Shown here: positions 8,727 through 19,902 of the stretch, piece after piece
How the letters are laid out: each line of letters starts with the position of its first letter
Position numbering within the stretch: the stretch's first letter is position 1
Translations under genes and position numbers: made by a program
Virus record (IMG/VR): IMGVR_UViG_3300014043_000231
Direction: 5' to 3' (one strand)
Origin: an uncultured virus (IMG/VR IMGVR_UViG_3300014043_000231)
Lineage: Duplodnaviria > Heunggongvirae > Uroviricota > Caudoviricetes
DNA: 64,000 nt
The notes under the pieces: generated by a model
Seen by the model: only the letters and a program-made list of their open reading frames with translations
Database searches by the model: none
Told to the model about the DNA's origin: nothing

Positions 8727-11120
8727 TTATCTACTTATAGGATTGATTTTCTGGACTTTTGCCATGATTGGTTTCAAATCATCAGGTGTCAGGGTTTCCT
8801 TATCCAACAGCAATCCGGCAAGTTCATCCAGCACGCTCCTGTTCAATGTCAATGCGTTCACTGCATTCATATGAGCACACGAAATAATATTACGAGTTTC
8901 AACATCAATGTCATGCAATGTTTCATCAGATAATGGCAGCTGGTTCGCATCGGAACGATCAAACGTCCATACGCCAATACCGAGCTTATCGTTGAAACCA
9001 TACTTAGTGATGATATCACGCGCAAGGGAAGTTGCCTTATCAATGTCATTGGATGGACCCGTGGATACATCCTTGAAAACAAGTTCCTCCGCAGCCCATC
9101 CGCCGAGCATGTAATTCAACTGGCCGAATAATTGCGAACGAGTGTAATTCGTCCTGTCATCATCACTGTTGATTGCAGTGTAACCGAGAGCATGCGCACG
9201 AGGCAGAATCGTAATCTTATTCACCGGATCAGCACCAGGTGTCGCCATTGCAGCCAATGCGTGACCGGCTTCATGATACGCGGTAAGACGCAAGGTTTTC
9301 TTATAATCCTCCCTGCTTGTTTTCTTCGGACCCATGAGAGTGCGATCAATGCCTTCACTGATGTCATCAATGGTAACAGCATCCCTTCCCTCACGGACAG
9401 CCATGAGCGCAGCCTCATTCATCACATTAGCCAATTGAGCGCCACTGAAACCGGAAGTGTTCTGTGCAGCCCAGTGCAAATCAGCATCGTTCTGCAATGT
9501 TTTACCGCGAGCATGGATACGCAGAATGGCTTCACGTCCAGCCATATCCGGTAAATCAACTCCAATCTGCCTGTCAAAACGCCCCGGACGAGTCAATGCT
9601 TTATCCAGAATGTCAGGACGGTTCGTGGAAGCGAGAACAATAATGTCTCCATTGCCTTCAAAACCATCCATCTCAACAAGCAGCTGATTCAATGTCTGTT
9701 CACGTTCACTATTACCATCTGAACGATTCCCACGCGCTGAACCAATGGCGTCCAATTCGTCCAGGTAGATAATATTTTTACCCCCATTTTTCTTTGCTTG
9801 CTCGAACAAATTACGCACTCTTTTCGCGCCTAGTCCTGCGAACACCTCTATCAGGTTTGAAGCCGCACAATAATAGAACCCGGCGTTCACTTCCCCGGCG
9901 AGCGCTTTCGCAAGCAGTGTCTTACCGGTTCCGGGCGGACCATACAGCAACACGCCTTTCGGCAGTTTCGCTCCGATAGCCTCATATTTTTCCGGGTTCG
10001 CAAGCATATCCTTGATTTCCTTGAGTTCAATGAGCGCAGTGTCCTCACCGGCAACATCATTGAATGTTACATCAGGCTTATCGGATTTCGCCTTATCATC
10101 ATCCTTGCCTATGCCTCCCATGCCGCCAATGAGTCCATCCTGACTCCTCATAATCCAAATGAACAAACCGACTATGATGAAAGTCGGAAGCAATCCGGTG
10201 ATGAGATTCGTAATTGTGTTACTACGATAACCGATCACCTCATAACCTTTAGCATATTTGCTTTTATCCAATATTTTACCGAGATTCTCGCGTTGTCCGA
10301 CTGACCATCCGAAAACGACTTTCTTACCTACTTGTTCATTATCGCTTTTACGAGTGTAATCATTTTTGAGTTCAATGAGCACTGTTTGCGCCGTATCCTG
10401 AACGGTTGCTTTCTCAACTGCCTTATTGTCTTTCAACAAGGCGAAACCTTCATTCGATGGGATTTCCGCTGGCTTCGATCCTTTCTGAAAACCTGTGATA
10501 ATGCATAGTATCGCAAGCACTGCAACCAGTACTGCTATCCATGCGTGCAATGGTTTCTTGAACCATTCAGTCAGTTTATCCATTAGTGATTTCTTATCAT
10601 CTTTTTTGTCGGAATCCTGTTTTTTATCCTGTTCATCCTGCCATTTGTTTTCAACTGTTTGCAATGTCGCCAATGCTTTACGATACTTATCCAATCTGCG
10701 TTTCTCATCCTCTGAATCACGCTGGTCGGATGGAAGCCTGTTCACATCCAGATTATTCATGATATCGGCAATTTTCACATGGCGCGCGGCTTCATTATCT
10801 TTAAGATTATCAATGTAATCCGCATAAGGCTGATGTTTCTCATGTGTGAGCAGTTGGACGCATGCTATCACATTCTCATCGAAACCATCCGCGCGCATGT
10901 CATCGGCGGTGTAACCGGTGTCTTCCATGGTGTCATGCAGCCATGCGACTGTTTTCTCAAAATCAGTGTTCACATGCTCTGCCACATATCGTGGATGCAG
11001 AATGTAATCATTGCCTCCCTTGTCTTTCTGGCCGGCATGGCGTTCGCGGGCGATTTGTTCCGCTTTCGCGAGTTGTTCCTTGCCGGTTAATGGTTTCCTG
11101 TTGCCAATGGATTCAGGCAT
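8727..11120 (-). CDS. ftsH: ATP-dependent zinc metalloprotease FtsH with N-terminal RelA/SpoT-type HD hydrolase domain
   Basis: Residues ~15-155 HAGQKDKGGNDYILHP...AWLHDTMEDT...VKIADIMNN; two TM helices; Walker A GPPGTGKT, Walker B IYLDELD, SRH TNRPDILDKALTRPGRFDR, HEAGH. Confidence 0.95.
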   Translation of the reverse strand: MPESIGNRKPLTGKEQLAKAEQIARERHAGQKDKGGNDYILHPRYVAEHVNTDFEKTVAWLHDTMEDTGYTADDMRADGFDENVIACVQLLTHEKHQPYADYIDNLKDNEAARHVKIADIMNNLDVNRLPSDQRDSEDEKRRLDKYRKALATLQTVENKWQDEQDKKQDSDKKDDKKSLMDKLTEWFKKPLHAWIAVLVAVLAILCIITGFQKGSKPAEIPSNEGFALLKDNKAVEKATVQDTAQTVLIELKNDYTRKSDNEQVGKKVVFGWSVGQRENLGKILDKSKYAKGYEVIGYRSNTITNLITGLLPTFIIVGLFIWIMRSQDGLIGGMGGIGKDDDKAKSDKPDVTFNDVAGEDTALIELKEIKDMLANPEKYEAIGAKLPKGVLLYGPPGTGKTLLAKALAGEVNAGFYYCAASNLIEVFAGLGAKRVRNLFEQAKKNGGKNIIYLDELDAIGSARGNRSDGNSEREQTLNQLLVEMDGFEGNGDIIVLASTNRPDILDKALTRPGRFDRQIGVDLPDMAGREAILRIHARGKTLQNDADLHWAAQNTSGFSGAQLANVMNEAALMAVREGRDAVTIDDISEGIDRTLMGPKKTSREDYKKTLRLTAYHEAGHALAAMATPGADPVNKITILPRAHALGYTAINSDDDRTNYTRSQLFGQLNYMLGGWAAEELVFKDVSTGPSNDIDKATSLARDIITKYGFNDKLGIGVWTFDRSDANQLPLSDETLHDIDVETRNIISCAHMNAVNALTLNRSVLDELAGLLLDKETLTPDDLKPIMAKVQKINPISR

Positions 11121-11256
11121 TAATCATCCTTTCGTCAAGATATTTTGTTTTGAACATATTATTGTTGTTTTGTTCTAATCATGAACTCAATTATATCACA
11201 TCATAGACAATTGCAATTTGTCGTAATGCCGTCATTGTCGTGATATCATATTATGT

Positions 11257-12759
11257 ATGGATAGGAATAAAGAACTTGGACAGGTTTGGACACCAGATTG
11301 GCTTGTATGCAACATTCTTGATAATATTGGATATACTTGTGATAACCCGGCAATAATAAATAGCAAAATAATGGAGCCATCATTTGGATCGGGAGCATTT
11401 TTGATTGAAATTACGCGCCGGTTAATTGACGCATGCGAAAGATATGGAATGAAAACAAGCGACATAGAAGATACTGTTAACAGAAATATATATGGTATCG
11501 AATATGATGCAAATATTTTCATGCAAACATTACAATCATTAAAATTATTATGCTCCTCATATGGATTTAATGTTCCTTTTAATAATCTTGTAAGAATGGA
11601 CGCCCTTGACTATAATCCAGCAGTAGATTTTGATTATATTGTAGGTAATCCTCCATATGTTAAGATTCAATCATTATCAAACGATATGCGAGAAAAAATG
11701 TCAAAATTATCAGCTGCATCTGGAAATACTGATTTATATATTGCCTTTTATGATATATGCATTAATTGGCTTGAATTGGATGGTAAATTATCTTTTATAT
11801 CACCATCAGGATGGATGAAAGGAGCCTCCCAAAAATACTTTCGTGCAATGCTTTCATCAACTGAAAGCATAATAAGTATTCATGATTATTCAGATATTAG
11901 AATATTTGATGGTGTAGACACTTATACAGCGGTTCTTACATTAAGATCTCCCGTTAAGTCAATGGTAAAACATATTTCAGAATTTACATATTATCGCATG
12001 AATTCAAATAATCAAATGGCGTTTTCCACTCATGTGAAGTTTAATGATTTTAAAGACGGAAAATCATTGAGATTACTATGCCTAAATAGCAATGAAAAGA
12101 AAATACTTAAAATATGCCTTGCATCAGATTATAAAAATTCTATACAAAGCAATTTCATTGTATCAAATGGAGTTGCAACGTTATCCGACTCTGTATTTTT
12201 AATTAATGATGGCAATTTTAATAATGATTCTCTTATATATCCTGCCATTAAAGCATCGAAATACCATGGCGGAAGCATTGATGCTAAAATTATATTTCCA
12301 TATATAATGGACGCATCTGGCAGATTTAACATAATTGATGAAAATGAATTATTACGTAATCATTCATTAGTATATAATCATCTTATTACAAATAAAGACA
12401 TTTTGGAAAAACGAAAAAGAGATAAAGGAACTCAATGGTATGCTTATGGCAGAAGCCAATCAATACAGATTACCAATAAGCAAAAACTAATTATCAATCC
12501 TATTGTATCACCGGATTCAAATATATCTGCTTATATTATACCAGCTGGAACAATTATATATTCTGGTTTGGTAATCACCGAATATGATAATGGAATGCCA
12601 CTTAAAAAATTAATACCAATAATAGAGAGTAATTTATTTCATGAATATGCAATGATAGTAGGATCTCCAATGAGCGGAGGTTATAGAAGATTATCATCAC
12701 CGGATGTTAAATCATTTAATATGGATGTCATTAATAACAAACATTATTATATGTCATAA
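11257..12759 (+). CDS. N6-adenine DNA methyltransferase (gamma class, TaqI/Eco57I-like), apparently orphan
   Basis: GQVWTP, MEPSFGSGAF, IVGNPPY, DLYIAF; markedly AT-rich. Confidence 0.9.
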   Translation: MDRNKELGQVWTPDWLVCNILDNIGYTCDNPAIINSKIMEPSFGSGAFLIEITRRLIDACERYGMKTSDIEDTVNRNIYGIEYDANIFMQTLQSLKLLCSSYGFNVPFNNLVRMDALDYNPAVDFDYIVGNPPYVKIQSLSNDMREKMSKLSAASGNTDLYIAFYDICINWLELDGKLSFISPSGWMKGASQKYFRAMLSSTESIISIHDYSDIRIFDGVDTYTAVLTLRSPVKSMVKHISEFTYYRMNSNNQMAFSTHVKFNDFKDGKSLRLLCLNSNEKKILKICLASDYKNSIQSNFIVSNGVATLSDSVFLINDGNFNNDSLIYPAIKASKYHGGSIDAKIIFPYIMDASGRFNIIDENELLRNHSLVYNHLITNKDILEKRKRDKGTQWYAYGRSQSIQITNKQKLIINPIVSPDSNISAYIIPAGTIIYSGLVITEYDNGMPLKKLIPIIESNLFHEYAMIVGSPMSGGYRRLSSPDVKSFNMDVINNKHYYMS

Positions 12760-12782
12760 ATACAATTATATCATAATAAAAA

Positions 12783-12823
12783 ATAAGGCATGAAAACCGG
12801 TTTTATAAGTTTTCATGCCTTAT
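12783..12823. terminator. bidirectional terminator hairpin
   Basis: ataaggcatgaaaac...gttttcatgccttat between convergent genes. Confidence 0.7.
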
Positions 12824-12830
12824 GATTAAT

Positions 12831-13298
12831 TTAATCAATCTTCTTGATGCTTATCGCGTCATTTAACTGATTGATGAGAACATCAATGTCATCAGTGAAT
12901 CTTCCGGCATTATCGCTTTCATAGCTGATTGTGTTCAGTATGTCGCGTGGCATTTCCAATTCCATATCCTGTTTCTTATTGTCCGCATCAGTCCATGTGA
13001 AAAGGAACGCATGGATGACATTGTTCACGCCACGGACTGGTTTCATTGTCATTTCCGTTCCATCATTGAACATGGCATTGAATGTTTTATCATCCGCTTG
13101 TTTGAATCCAGTGATGTTTCCATGTGTTCCTGATGGTGTTTCCATGATGCTTTCAATGTTTTCCTGAATCCAATTGATGAGTTCAGGACGGCTCTCACGG
13201 CGTCCCGCGTCAGTGATGAGCATCGCGGCTTCACCGATTGCGGGTGGGACAGGTGATTCGCCGCGCCGTATTTCATTAATCGTGTATTTACTGGTCAT
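12831..13298 (-). CDS. hypothetical protein
   Basis: Start reassigned to ATG 13298, 7 nt after TGATAACAT -10 element. Confidence 0.65.
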   Translation of the reverse strand: MTSKYTINEIRRGESPVPPAIGEAAMLITDAGRRESRPELINWIQENIESIMETPSGTHGNITGFKQADDKTFNAMFNDGTEMTMKPVRGVNNVIHAFLFTWTDADNKKQDMELEMPRDILNTISYESDNAGRFTDDIDVLINQLNDAISIKKID

Positions 13299-13346
13299 GA
13301 TTACAATGTTATCATATTGTTCCCATGATTCCAATTCCTTCAAATG

Positions 13347-13571
13347 TTAACGGTCAATCAAATATTTCACATAAATGACTATCGCCGCGAGAACAAGAAG
13401 TATGAAACCTCCCGCATAACCGAAGAACGCCGGGATGAGCGCGATGGCGGATGTTACTCCACCAGCCCATAGCGTGCGTGTGAGTTCCTTTCGTTTGATG
13501 CATTCGTAAGTGAACCATCCGCCGAAAATCGTCAAACCAGCTATTATAACATTCAAAATTACATCAATCAT
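13347..13571 (-). CDS. small membrane protein
   Basis: 74 aa with 2-3 hydrophobic segments. Confidence 0.65.
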   Translation of the reverse strand: MIDVILNVIIAGLTIFGGWFTYECIKRKELTRTLWAGGVTSAIALIPAFFGYAGGFILLVLAAIVIYVKYLIDR

Positions 13572-13594
13572 ATTAACATGATATCATTGAACGC

Positions 13595-14338
13595 ATGGTT
13601 TCAACATCCAATAAGAATGGAAGGCATTTCAGCGGTTATTATGTGCAACCCGCATCAACCGGCAGGCATGGGAATGGCAGTATCATAATCGATGTTGATG
13701 AAACTTTATACGATAATGTTGCAACCATCGGGAAACATGCGAACAGATTCAGAGCGAATCTGATAACCGGTGCAATGTTCATCATCTCCGCGTTCATTGG
13801 AATACTGATCGCGTTGATTCCAATGATGTTCATTGGTTTGTATCGGATTCCATCACAGTCAATGATGGACACATTGCAACCCGGCGACAGGATTGTAATC
13901 AGCAGAATGTGGATGCATGATGACAATGTGAACAGAGGCGACATCATAGTGTTCCATGATCCCGGCGAATGGCTTGATGCTGGCAAGGAAGGCGAAACGC
14001 TAATCAAACGAGTCATTGGATTGCCTGGGGATACAGTGTCATCACTGGGTGATTGCAAGGTGCTTGTGAATGGTGAGATTATTGATGAGCCTTATGTCAA
14101 GGATGGTTGTTCATCGAACATTGCTTTCAATGTAACCGTGCCATCAGGTAAAGTGTTCGTCATGGGTGATAATCGCGGGAACAGCGCGGACAGCAGGTAT
14201 CATTTGAATGATGCCAATGGCGGCATGGTTCCAATTGTGAACATTATCGGTAAAACAGAAGGTGTGTTCTGGCCGTTGCATGACATGCGTTTCAATATTC
14301 GCAATGAATCCAGTGATGATTTGTGGTTCAATGAATGA
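13595..14338 (+). CDS. lepB: signal peptidase I
   Basis: TM helix, catalytic Ser IPSQSMMDTL, Lys LIKRVIGLPGD, GDNRGNSADSR. Confidence 0.93.
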   Translation: MVSTSNKNGRHFSGYYVQPASTGRHGNGSIIIDVDETLYDNVATIGKHANRFRANLITGAMFIISAFIGILIALIPMMFIGLYRIPSQSMMDTLQPGDRIVISRMWMHDDNVNRGDIIVFHDPGEWLDAGKEGETLIKRVIGLPGDTVSSLGDCKVLVNGEIIDEPYVKDGCSSNIAFNVTVPSGKVFVMGDNRGNSADSRYHLNDANGGMVPIVNIIGKTEGVFWPLHDMRFNIRNESSDDLWFNE

Positions 14339-14483
14339 AAACATTCGCAGTATAATCATTATTCATTGTAATAACATGAATCGCGATACATAAGTTTGAC
14401 TTTCAGTTGATGTTATCATTGAATTCATGTTAACATGATGATGTCAAACAAAAAACATTGGAAGATGTTGATTTACCATAAGA

Positions 14484-14906
14484 TTGGATTATTATGCTGA
14501 ACAGGCATATGGTGTGGAATTCCCTGAACTATCCGATGACGGTTGCGGGTATGTTAATGTTTACGATGTTAACAAGGCAATCAATGGTCAGGTTAAAATT
14601 ATTGGTGAATGGCGTAATCTGATTTACGCGCATGATGTCCATGCGATTAATCCGCAGGATGACATTCCATTGGAAATTGACATCACTGATAATAAAAATA
14701 AATCATTCATGGAATCAAACAATTGTCATAATGAACCATTATATTATGGGGCTTGCATTGCATGCAATGATAAGGATGATAAACCATTCTTGAAAACAAT
14801 GGCAGGCGACCTGATTGGAGAATCATTCATTTACATTGGAATTGAAATTGATGATCCTATCACTGGTTTAACTGGCGCGCAGGGGAGACTTGTGGGCGAT
14901 TGTTAG
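14484..14906 (+). CDS. hypothetical protein
   Basis: 140-aa acidic ORF, TTG start. Confidence 0.5.
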   Translation: MDYYAEQAYGVEFPELSDDGCGYVNVYDVNKAINGQVKIIGEWRNLIYAHDVHAINPQDDIPLEIDITDNKNKSFMESNNCHNEPLYYGACIACNDKDDKPFLKTMAGDLIGESFIYIGIEIDDPITGLTGAQGRLVGDC

Positions 14907-15052
14907 AAACATAATCCGGGAGCACCGGAACTCATTGAACACGAACTCTGCGATTGAATCCAATGTATGCATGATTGCATATGAAAACAGCAGAAGACAT
15001 TCTATATTCTTATGACTGCTTTCATATTCGCTATAATATAAGTTATATATTA

Positions 15053-15916
15053 TTAATTTGAATTAATATATTCTTGAAACGCTTTATTTATTTCATCTCT
15101 GTTAATCCAATAATTTCCACCAGATACTGATGATAATTGCCTAAAATTTATATTTTTGAATATATCTATTATATTATTTTTACTATATTTTTCATTAACT
15201 TTAATATAATGTTCCGCTTTTGAATTAGTTACTTCTGATAATGATTTTACTTGCCCGCTGTTTCCATTTATTGTAAAATCGGCTGATGCATCTCCCCGTT
15301 TTAAGAAAGAATATTCCTCCGGTTGTTTTGGTTTCATAGCACGTAAATCCAATTCTGGAAAAATACTGCTATTATTACACCAAATTTGAAATACTGCTGG
15401 AACATTATATTTATCTCCCCCGATTGTAAATGAATCATCTTTTAAACTATGGTTACATATAAGTCTGTAATCATTCGGTATGAATCTTTGATTTATTTCT
15501 TTCATGAAAATACTTGGTAATATGAATGCGATAACTGACGCATTCAATTCTATTGATTTTTTTATAAATGCTTTTGCCATAGATGATCTATTTCCAAATG
15601 GCGGATTGCCTATAATTAATAAATTATTATACGCTCCAATGTCATCACAATTAATTTTAAGCCAATCTGCTTGTTTTATATATTCTTTCATAGGGCATAT
15701 GTCAAATGAAAGAATACTGCTATTTTTGAATTCATCATGGTTTTTCATTGCTCTTATAAATGAACCATCACCTGCGCTCGGTTCAATAATTAAATCAAAT
15801 AGCGAAATCTCAATATATTTGAGAAGAACATCTATGCATTCATATGAAACATCATCGCACGTGAAAAAGGCATCGCGGGATTTTAAATCATTTAATTCGT
15901 CTATATAATTCGTCAT
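15053..15916 (-). CDS. amino-DNA methyltransferase
   Basis: DAFFT, IEPSAGDGSF, IGNPPFG, AFILP; very AT-rich. Confidence 0.88.
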   Translation of the reverse strand: MTNYIDELNDLKSRDAFFTCDDVSYECIDVLLKYIEISLFDLIIEPSAGDGSFIRAMKNHDEFKNSSILSFDICPMKEYIKQADWLKINCDDIGAYNNLLIIGNPPFGNRSSMAKAFIKKSIELNASVIAFILPSIFMKEINQRFIPNDYRLICNHSLKDDSFTIGGDKYNVPAVFQIWCNNSSIFPELDLRAMKPKQPEEYSFLKRGDASADFTINGNSGQVKSLSEVTNSKAEHYIKVNEKYSKNNIIDIFKNINFRQLSSVSGGNYWINRDEINKAFQEYINSN

Positions 15917-16460
15917 ATTCGTATTTCTTCCTCCATTCCTTCATCATATCGGAATTAATATTTATAGTTATACTATATTCAATATGTTCGTTATTTTTAT
16001 TTGATTCTTTTGTTCCATGAGATGGGCATCCAATAGATTTTATTTCTTTATCCATTTCCGATTTAGTCAAATACATTATTATTGAATTATCTGGATCATT
16101 ATAATCAATATATCCGACTATATATCCAGTTATGTTTTGCCAATTGCGTATTTGCCTTAAATTTAAGTTTTTTGATTCATTGGTTGTACTGAATTTATAT
16201 TCTATATATTCGGTATCTTTATATGCATCACCGCGATTTTCAGATGGCGAAATTCTTTTTAGGTTCAATTTTTTATTCATAAAATCTTCAATAATAAGAG
16301 ATTTCTTTTGTGCATTCATTGATCCGAGAATCTTGCAGAATGATGAAAATGAGCAATCGATAATATTAACATTTCCATCATATGTTTTTATTGAATCTAA
16401 TATTTTATTTAATTCATTAATTTTATCATTAATAATTGTTCTTATATCCTCAATCTTCAT
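15888..16460 (-). CDS. putative PD-(D/E)XK restriction endonuclease
   Basis: RGDAYKDTEYIEYKFS (GD...ExK); overlaps methyltransferase; same low GC. Confidence 0.6.
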   Translation of the reverse strand: MKIEDIRTIINDKINELNKILDSIKTYDGNVNIIDCSFSSFCKILGSMNAQKKSLIIEDFMNKKLNLKRISPSENRGDAYKDTEYIEYKFSTTNESKNLNLRQIRNWQNITGYIVGYIDYNDPDNSIIMYLTKSEMDKEIKSIGCPSHGTKESNKNNEHIEYSITININSDMMKEWRKKYEYDELYRRIK

Positions 16461-16760
16461 ATATACAATGATATCATTCTGTTTACATTGTGGACAACTC
16501 ATAGCAAACGTATGAATAGCATCAATGTCGCAGATCAACAATATCTAATAAGAGAAGTGCATGCATTCAGAAATGGCAATAACCATCATTCGCGGCGGGA
16601 ACCGCCGCGCGTAACGCGTTCATTCCGTTATTATCGATTTTATCAGATTGATTCATTCAGCCGTATTGCTTTCCATACCGGACAGGCACTCATCCCATTA
16701 ATCATCACGATTATGTTCATGGGGTTGTATCCATTAATTCAATGTTCTCGCGCATAGCTC

Positions 16761-16894
16761 ATTTCGATTCTGACGGCGATTTTACTTGTTTGTGAAGCGC
16801 GCATCGAAAACAAGGTTCACCACGATTCCGATTAAAGCACTCGTCCACGGAGCCGATTATTCTGCGCTCTGTGGACGACATCGATTTTCACTGA
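16761..16894 (+). repeat. ~134-bp dispersed structured repeat, copy A
   Basis: Aligns by eye with 53306-53437 (+) and 49669-49802 (-); contains cgtccacRgagc...gctctgtggacg hairpin. Confidence 0.85.
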
Positions 16895-17034
16895 AATAAT
16901 AATTTTAAAAATTAGTGGAAAATCATGTTGTTTTTCGCATCCATGTATTCATGTGCGATGACACGCGGAATTTGACTTATTTTATTATTTCCGTTATCAT
17001 GAATACAGTTGAAAACAAATCAGGCAATTAAGGA

Positions 17035-18315
17035 TTGATAATGGATAATAAATTGTTCATCATGCAAGGTGCGCCGGGCTGCGGTAAAAGCACTTTCATC
17101 CGGAAACATAATCTGGATGATTATGTCATCAGCCCGGATGATCTCCGTCAAATCATCAATCCGAATCCACTGGTTTATGATGAGAACACTGGACACATGG
17201 TTAAAGGTTATGATTTTTCACCGCGAACCAGTAAGCTCGCGTTCCGGATGGCGAATGATATCATGGCTGCACGAATGCGCATGGGACAGACAATCATACT
17301 TGATTTGACGGCCGCGAACCGTAAAACCATCAGTAAACTCCTGCAAACAGCACATGATTATAATTATCATATCATGTATGTGAACATGCAGGAAGGCTTG
17401 GATGTTAATGAAATCCTGCGCCGTAACAAGTCGCGTGGCATTCGTGCCATACCGGATAATATTGTTCGCCGGATGTATGATAATGTGAATGCTTACCGGT
17501 ATGATAAGAATGAAACACTCATCACTAAAAGTGAAATGCTTGACATGATGTGGATTCCTGTTCAGAACATGGATAAGTATGATCGCATTGTATGCATTGG
17601 CGACATTCAAGGCGTATGGGACAGGTTCAAGAAAACGGAACTTGTGAATGGTTTACGTGATGACACATTGTATGTTCTCACTGGCGACATTGAGGACAGG
17701 GGAACCGGAGCTGCGGAAATGTTCGATTGGATTCGATTGAATCATGATAAGGATAATCTCATTCTCATTCGTGGGAATCATGATAATTATTGGCGTTATT
17801 ATGGCAAACCGGAATTCTATGGGTTTTTCGGGAAGGCGACTCATGAAACCATTGATGACATTTACCATCGTTCAAGCATCGCCGGTGATTGGAAGCATAT
17901 TCTCAGGGAAACACGAATGATTGAACATGAATTCATGAACATTGCAATCATTGAATGGTATGGAAACAGATTCGTGTTCACTCATGGAGGTATTCTCCCG
18001 GACATGCTGCATGATGCGTATGATGAAACTCGCAATGCGTTCAAACTGGGTTTCAACAGCCGTGAGGATTTCAATTATGGTTCCGGCATGACAATCGGCT
18101 CCGGTGATTATAATACGGACATTGATGCAATCATTGAACGCACTGAAACCAATAGGCACATCATTCAAGTGCATGGACATAGGAATGAGTATCATCATGC
18201 GCCGGATGCGTTCACGCGCACATTCAATCTTGAACAGGGCGTGGAATATCCTGATGGACATCTTGCCATGCTCATCATTGATGGCACTGGAATCAGTGCG
18301 CATTTGATCAGTTAG
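17035..18315 (+). CDS. polynucleotide kinase / metallophosphoesterase (Pnkp-like)
   Basis: P-loop GAPGCGKST, SPDDLR; calcineurin-like GDIQG, GDIEDRG, RGNHD, THGG, VHGH. Confidence 0.9.
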   Translation: MIMDNKLFIMQGAPGCGKSTFIRKHNLDDYVISPDDLRQIINPNPLVYDENTGHMVKGYDFSPRTSKLAFRMANDIMAARMRMGQTIILDLTAANRKTISKLLQTAHDYNYHIMYVNMQEGLDVNEILRRNKSRGIRAIPDNIVRRMYDNVNAYRYDKNETLITKSEMLDMMWIPVQNMDKYDRIVCIGDIQGVWDRFKKTELVNGLRDDTLYVLTGDIEDRGTGAAEMFDWIRLNHDKDNLILIRGNHDNYWRYYGKPEFYGFFGKATHETIDDIYHRSSIAGDWKHILRETRMIEHEFMNIAIIEWYGNRFVFTHGGILPDMLHDAYDETRNAFKLGFNSREDFNYGSGMTIGSGDYNTDIDAIIERTETNRHIIQVHGHRNEYHHAPDAFTRTFNLEQGVEYPDGHLAMLIIDGTGISAHLIS

Positions 18316-19508
18316 AATACCGGAACTCCGAACTCATCATAATCAGTTCCGGTATTCTTTTGTTTGATATCCGGTATTAACGCTTTCAATGATTCCAATA
18401 TGAATTCATCAGGCATTCCATCAATAATGGATTCAATGAGACCGGTTTCAATTAATGGGAATAAATCTGATGGCTTATATCTTATTATCCCATAATCATT
18501 CAAACCGAGAATCATATCATCCAATGCTTTACCTCGGTTGAACTCAGGAATGCTGATTATATACCATAATATTTTAAGGAATGCCGCTGCCGCGCCATAA
18601 TCATGAATGCTTAAAAACGATGTGAACAGACAGAAGGCAGGATCGGGGTGTGAGCACGAGAATGAATTCCGATCATTATAACCATAAGCATGTAAATCAG
18701 CATAACCATGCATTACATTCAATGCTTTCATGTAATCATCATATGATGGATTCATTTCCATGACACGCATGATTATTCCCATTGGATATGAACTCAATGA
18801 GTTCATGATGTCATCGGAACGAATCACCGGCATCATTTCATCGGAAACAGCATAACCATCATGCATTATTCCTTGCGCAACAAGTTTCGCATCCTCTAGT
18901 GTTTTAGCACGGAACAACAGATAATAACCGAGCTCATTCAATTGTGAGAAATGATAATGCTGCATGAAATCAATGAGTGTATTAATATTGAAAATCGGTA
19001 TTCTTGTACCATTATTCATAATGATGCCATTATTCATAATGAGTGATTTCAAATCATCCATGTTGATTTTCAATGATTTCATTATGCTGACATTCTCACG
19101 AATGTCATAAGTCGGATTCAATGTCCATATTGTCATGGTTTTCACTATTCCGATTTCATGCAGCCATTCCGCTTTATTGGAATATAATGCCGTGCGTATT
19201 GTCAAACCAATGATTCTCATGAATAATCGCATGTTATCACTGGCAATGCTTTTCAATGAATCCATGAACATAATGAAATCATTTAAACTATCATCATTAG
19301 TTGTACTCATGATTTCATTCATTATGTTTCCATTTAATCGTTCATGCGTATCATTGAATGAACGGGTGAAACGATTAAAACGGCGCTGGGATCGTTTACC
19401 CGTTGACATTAAATCAGTGAACGGATCAACATTAATATAATCCGCATATGCTTTCCAATAATCATATAAACGTGATTGCAATGAAGTCATGTGCTTGTCA
19501 GTCATCAT
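18312..19508 (-). CDS. hypothetical protein with C-terminal MPDEF motif
   Basis: 398-aa ORF. Confidence 0.7.
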   Translation of the reverse strand: MMTDKHMTSLQSRLYDYWKAYADYINVDPFTDLMSTGKRSQRRFNRFTRSFNDTHERLNGNIMNEIMSTTNDDSLNDFIMFMDSLKSIASDNMRLFMRIIGLTIRTALYSNKAEWLHEIGIVKTMTIWTLNPTYDIRENVSIMKSLKINMDDLKSLIMNNGIIMNNGTRIPIFNINTLIDFMQHYHFSQLNELGYYLLFRAKTLEDAKLVAQGIMHDGYAVSDEMMPVIRSDDIMNSLSSYPMGIIMRVMEMNPSYDDYMKALNVMHGYADLHAYGYNDRNSFSCSHPDPAFCLFTSFLSIHDYGAAAAFLKILWYIISIPEFNRGKALDDMILGLNDYGIIRYKPSDLFPLIETGLIESIIDGMPDEFILESLKALIPDIKQKNTGTDYDEFGVPVF

Positions 19509-19902
19509 CGGTTAATCCTGTGATTCCTATTCTTCCTTTATATTCAATGTTCCATGCATCATCGCCATATGAAACTTCCTTAGCCTGTCCTATGAAACGA
19601 ATGAAATCAATGCAGGAACAATGACTGTTGATTTCAGGATAAGCACGTGAGAATGGCACACGAGTGAAAACCATTACTTCCATGCAAGTATCATTCTGCG
19701 TGCTGGCAATGAATGCAGTCGGCAATGTCTTATCTTTCATCAATTCAAATAAGCCATTAACCGGACCGTTATCCAAACCGAACACAATGGAAGCTGAATT
19801 CGTATCCATTTCTATCATGTCCGTTAACAATCCTGTTTTTATTGCCGTTTTCGCGGCTGCTATTAAAAGTTCACGTCTATCAACTGGTGGTTTACTGCTC
19901 AT
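19498..19902 (-). CDS. hypothetical protein
   Basis: 134-aa ORF with leaderless promoter. Confidence 0.7.
   Translation of the reverse strand: MSSKPPVDRRELLIAAAKTAIKTGLLTDMIEMDTNSASIVFGLDNGPVNGLFELMKDKTLPTAFIASTQNDTCMEVMVFTRVPFSRAYPEINSHCSCIDFIRFIGQAKEVSYGDDAWNIEYKGRIGITGLTDDD

Noticed and set aside
16588..16622. GC-rich double hairpin as a riboswitch or tRNA fragment
   Set aside because: Only short stems (gcggcgg/ccgccgc) with no recognisable family consensus
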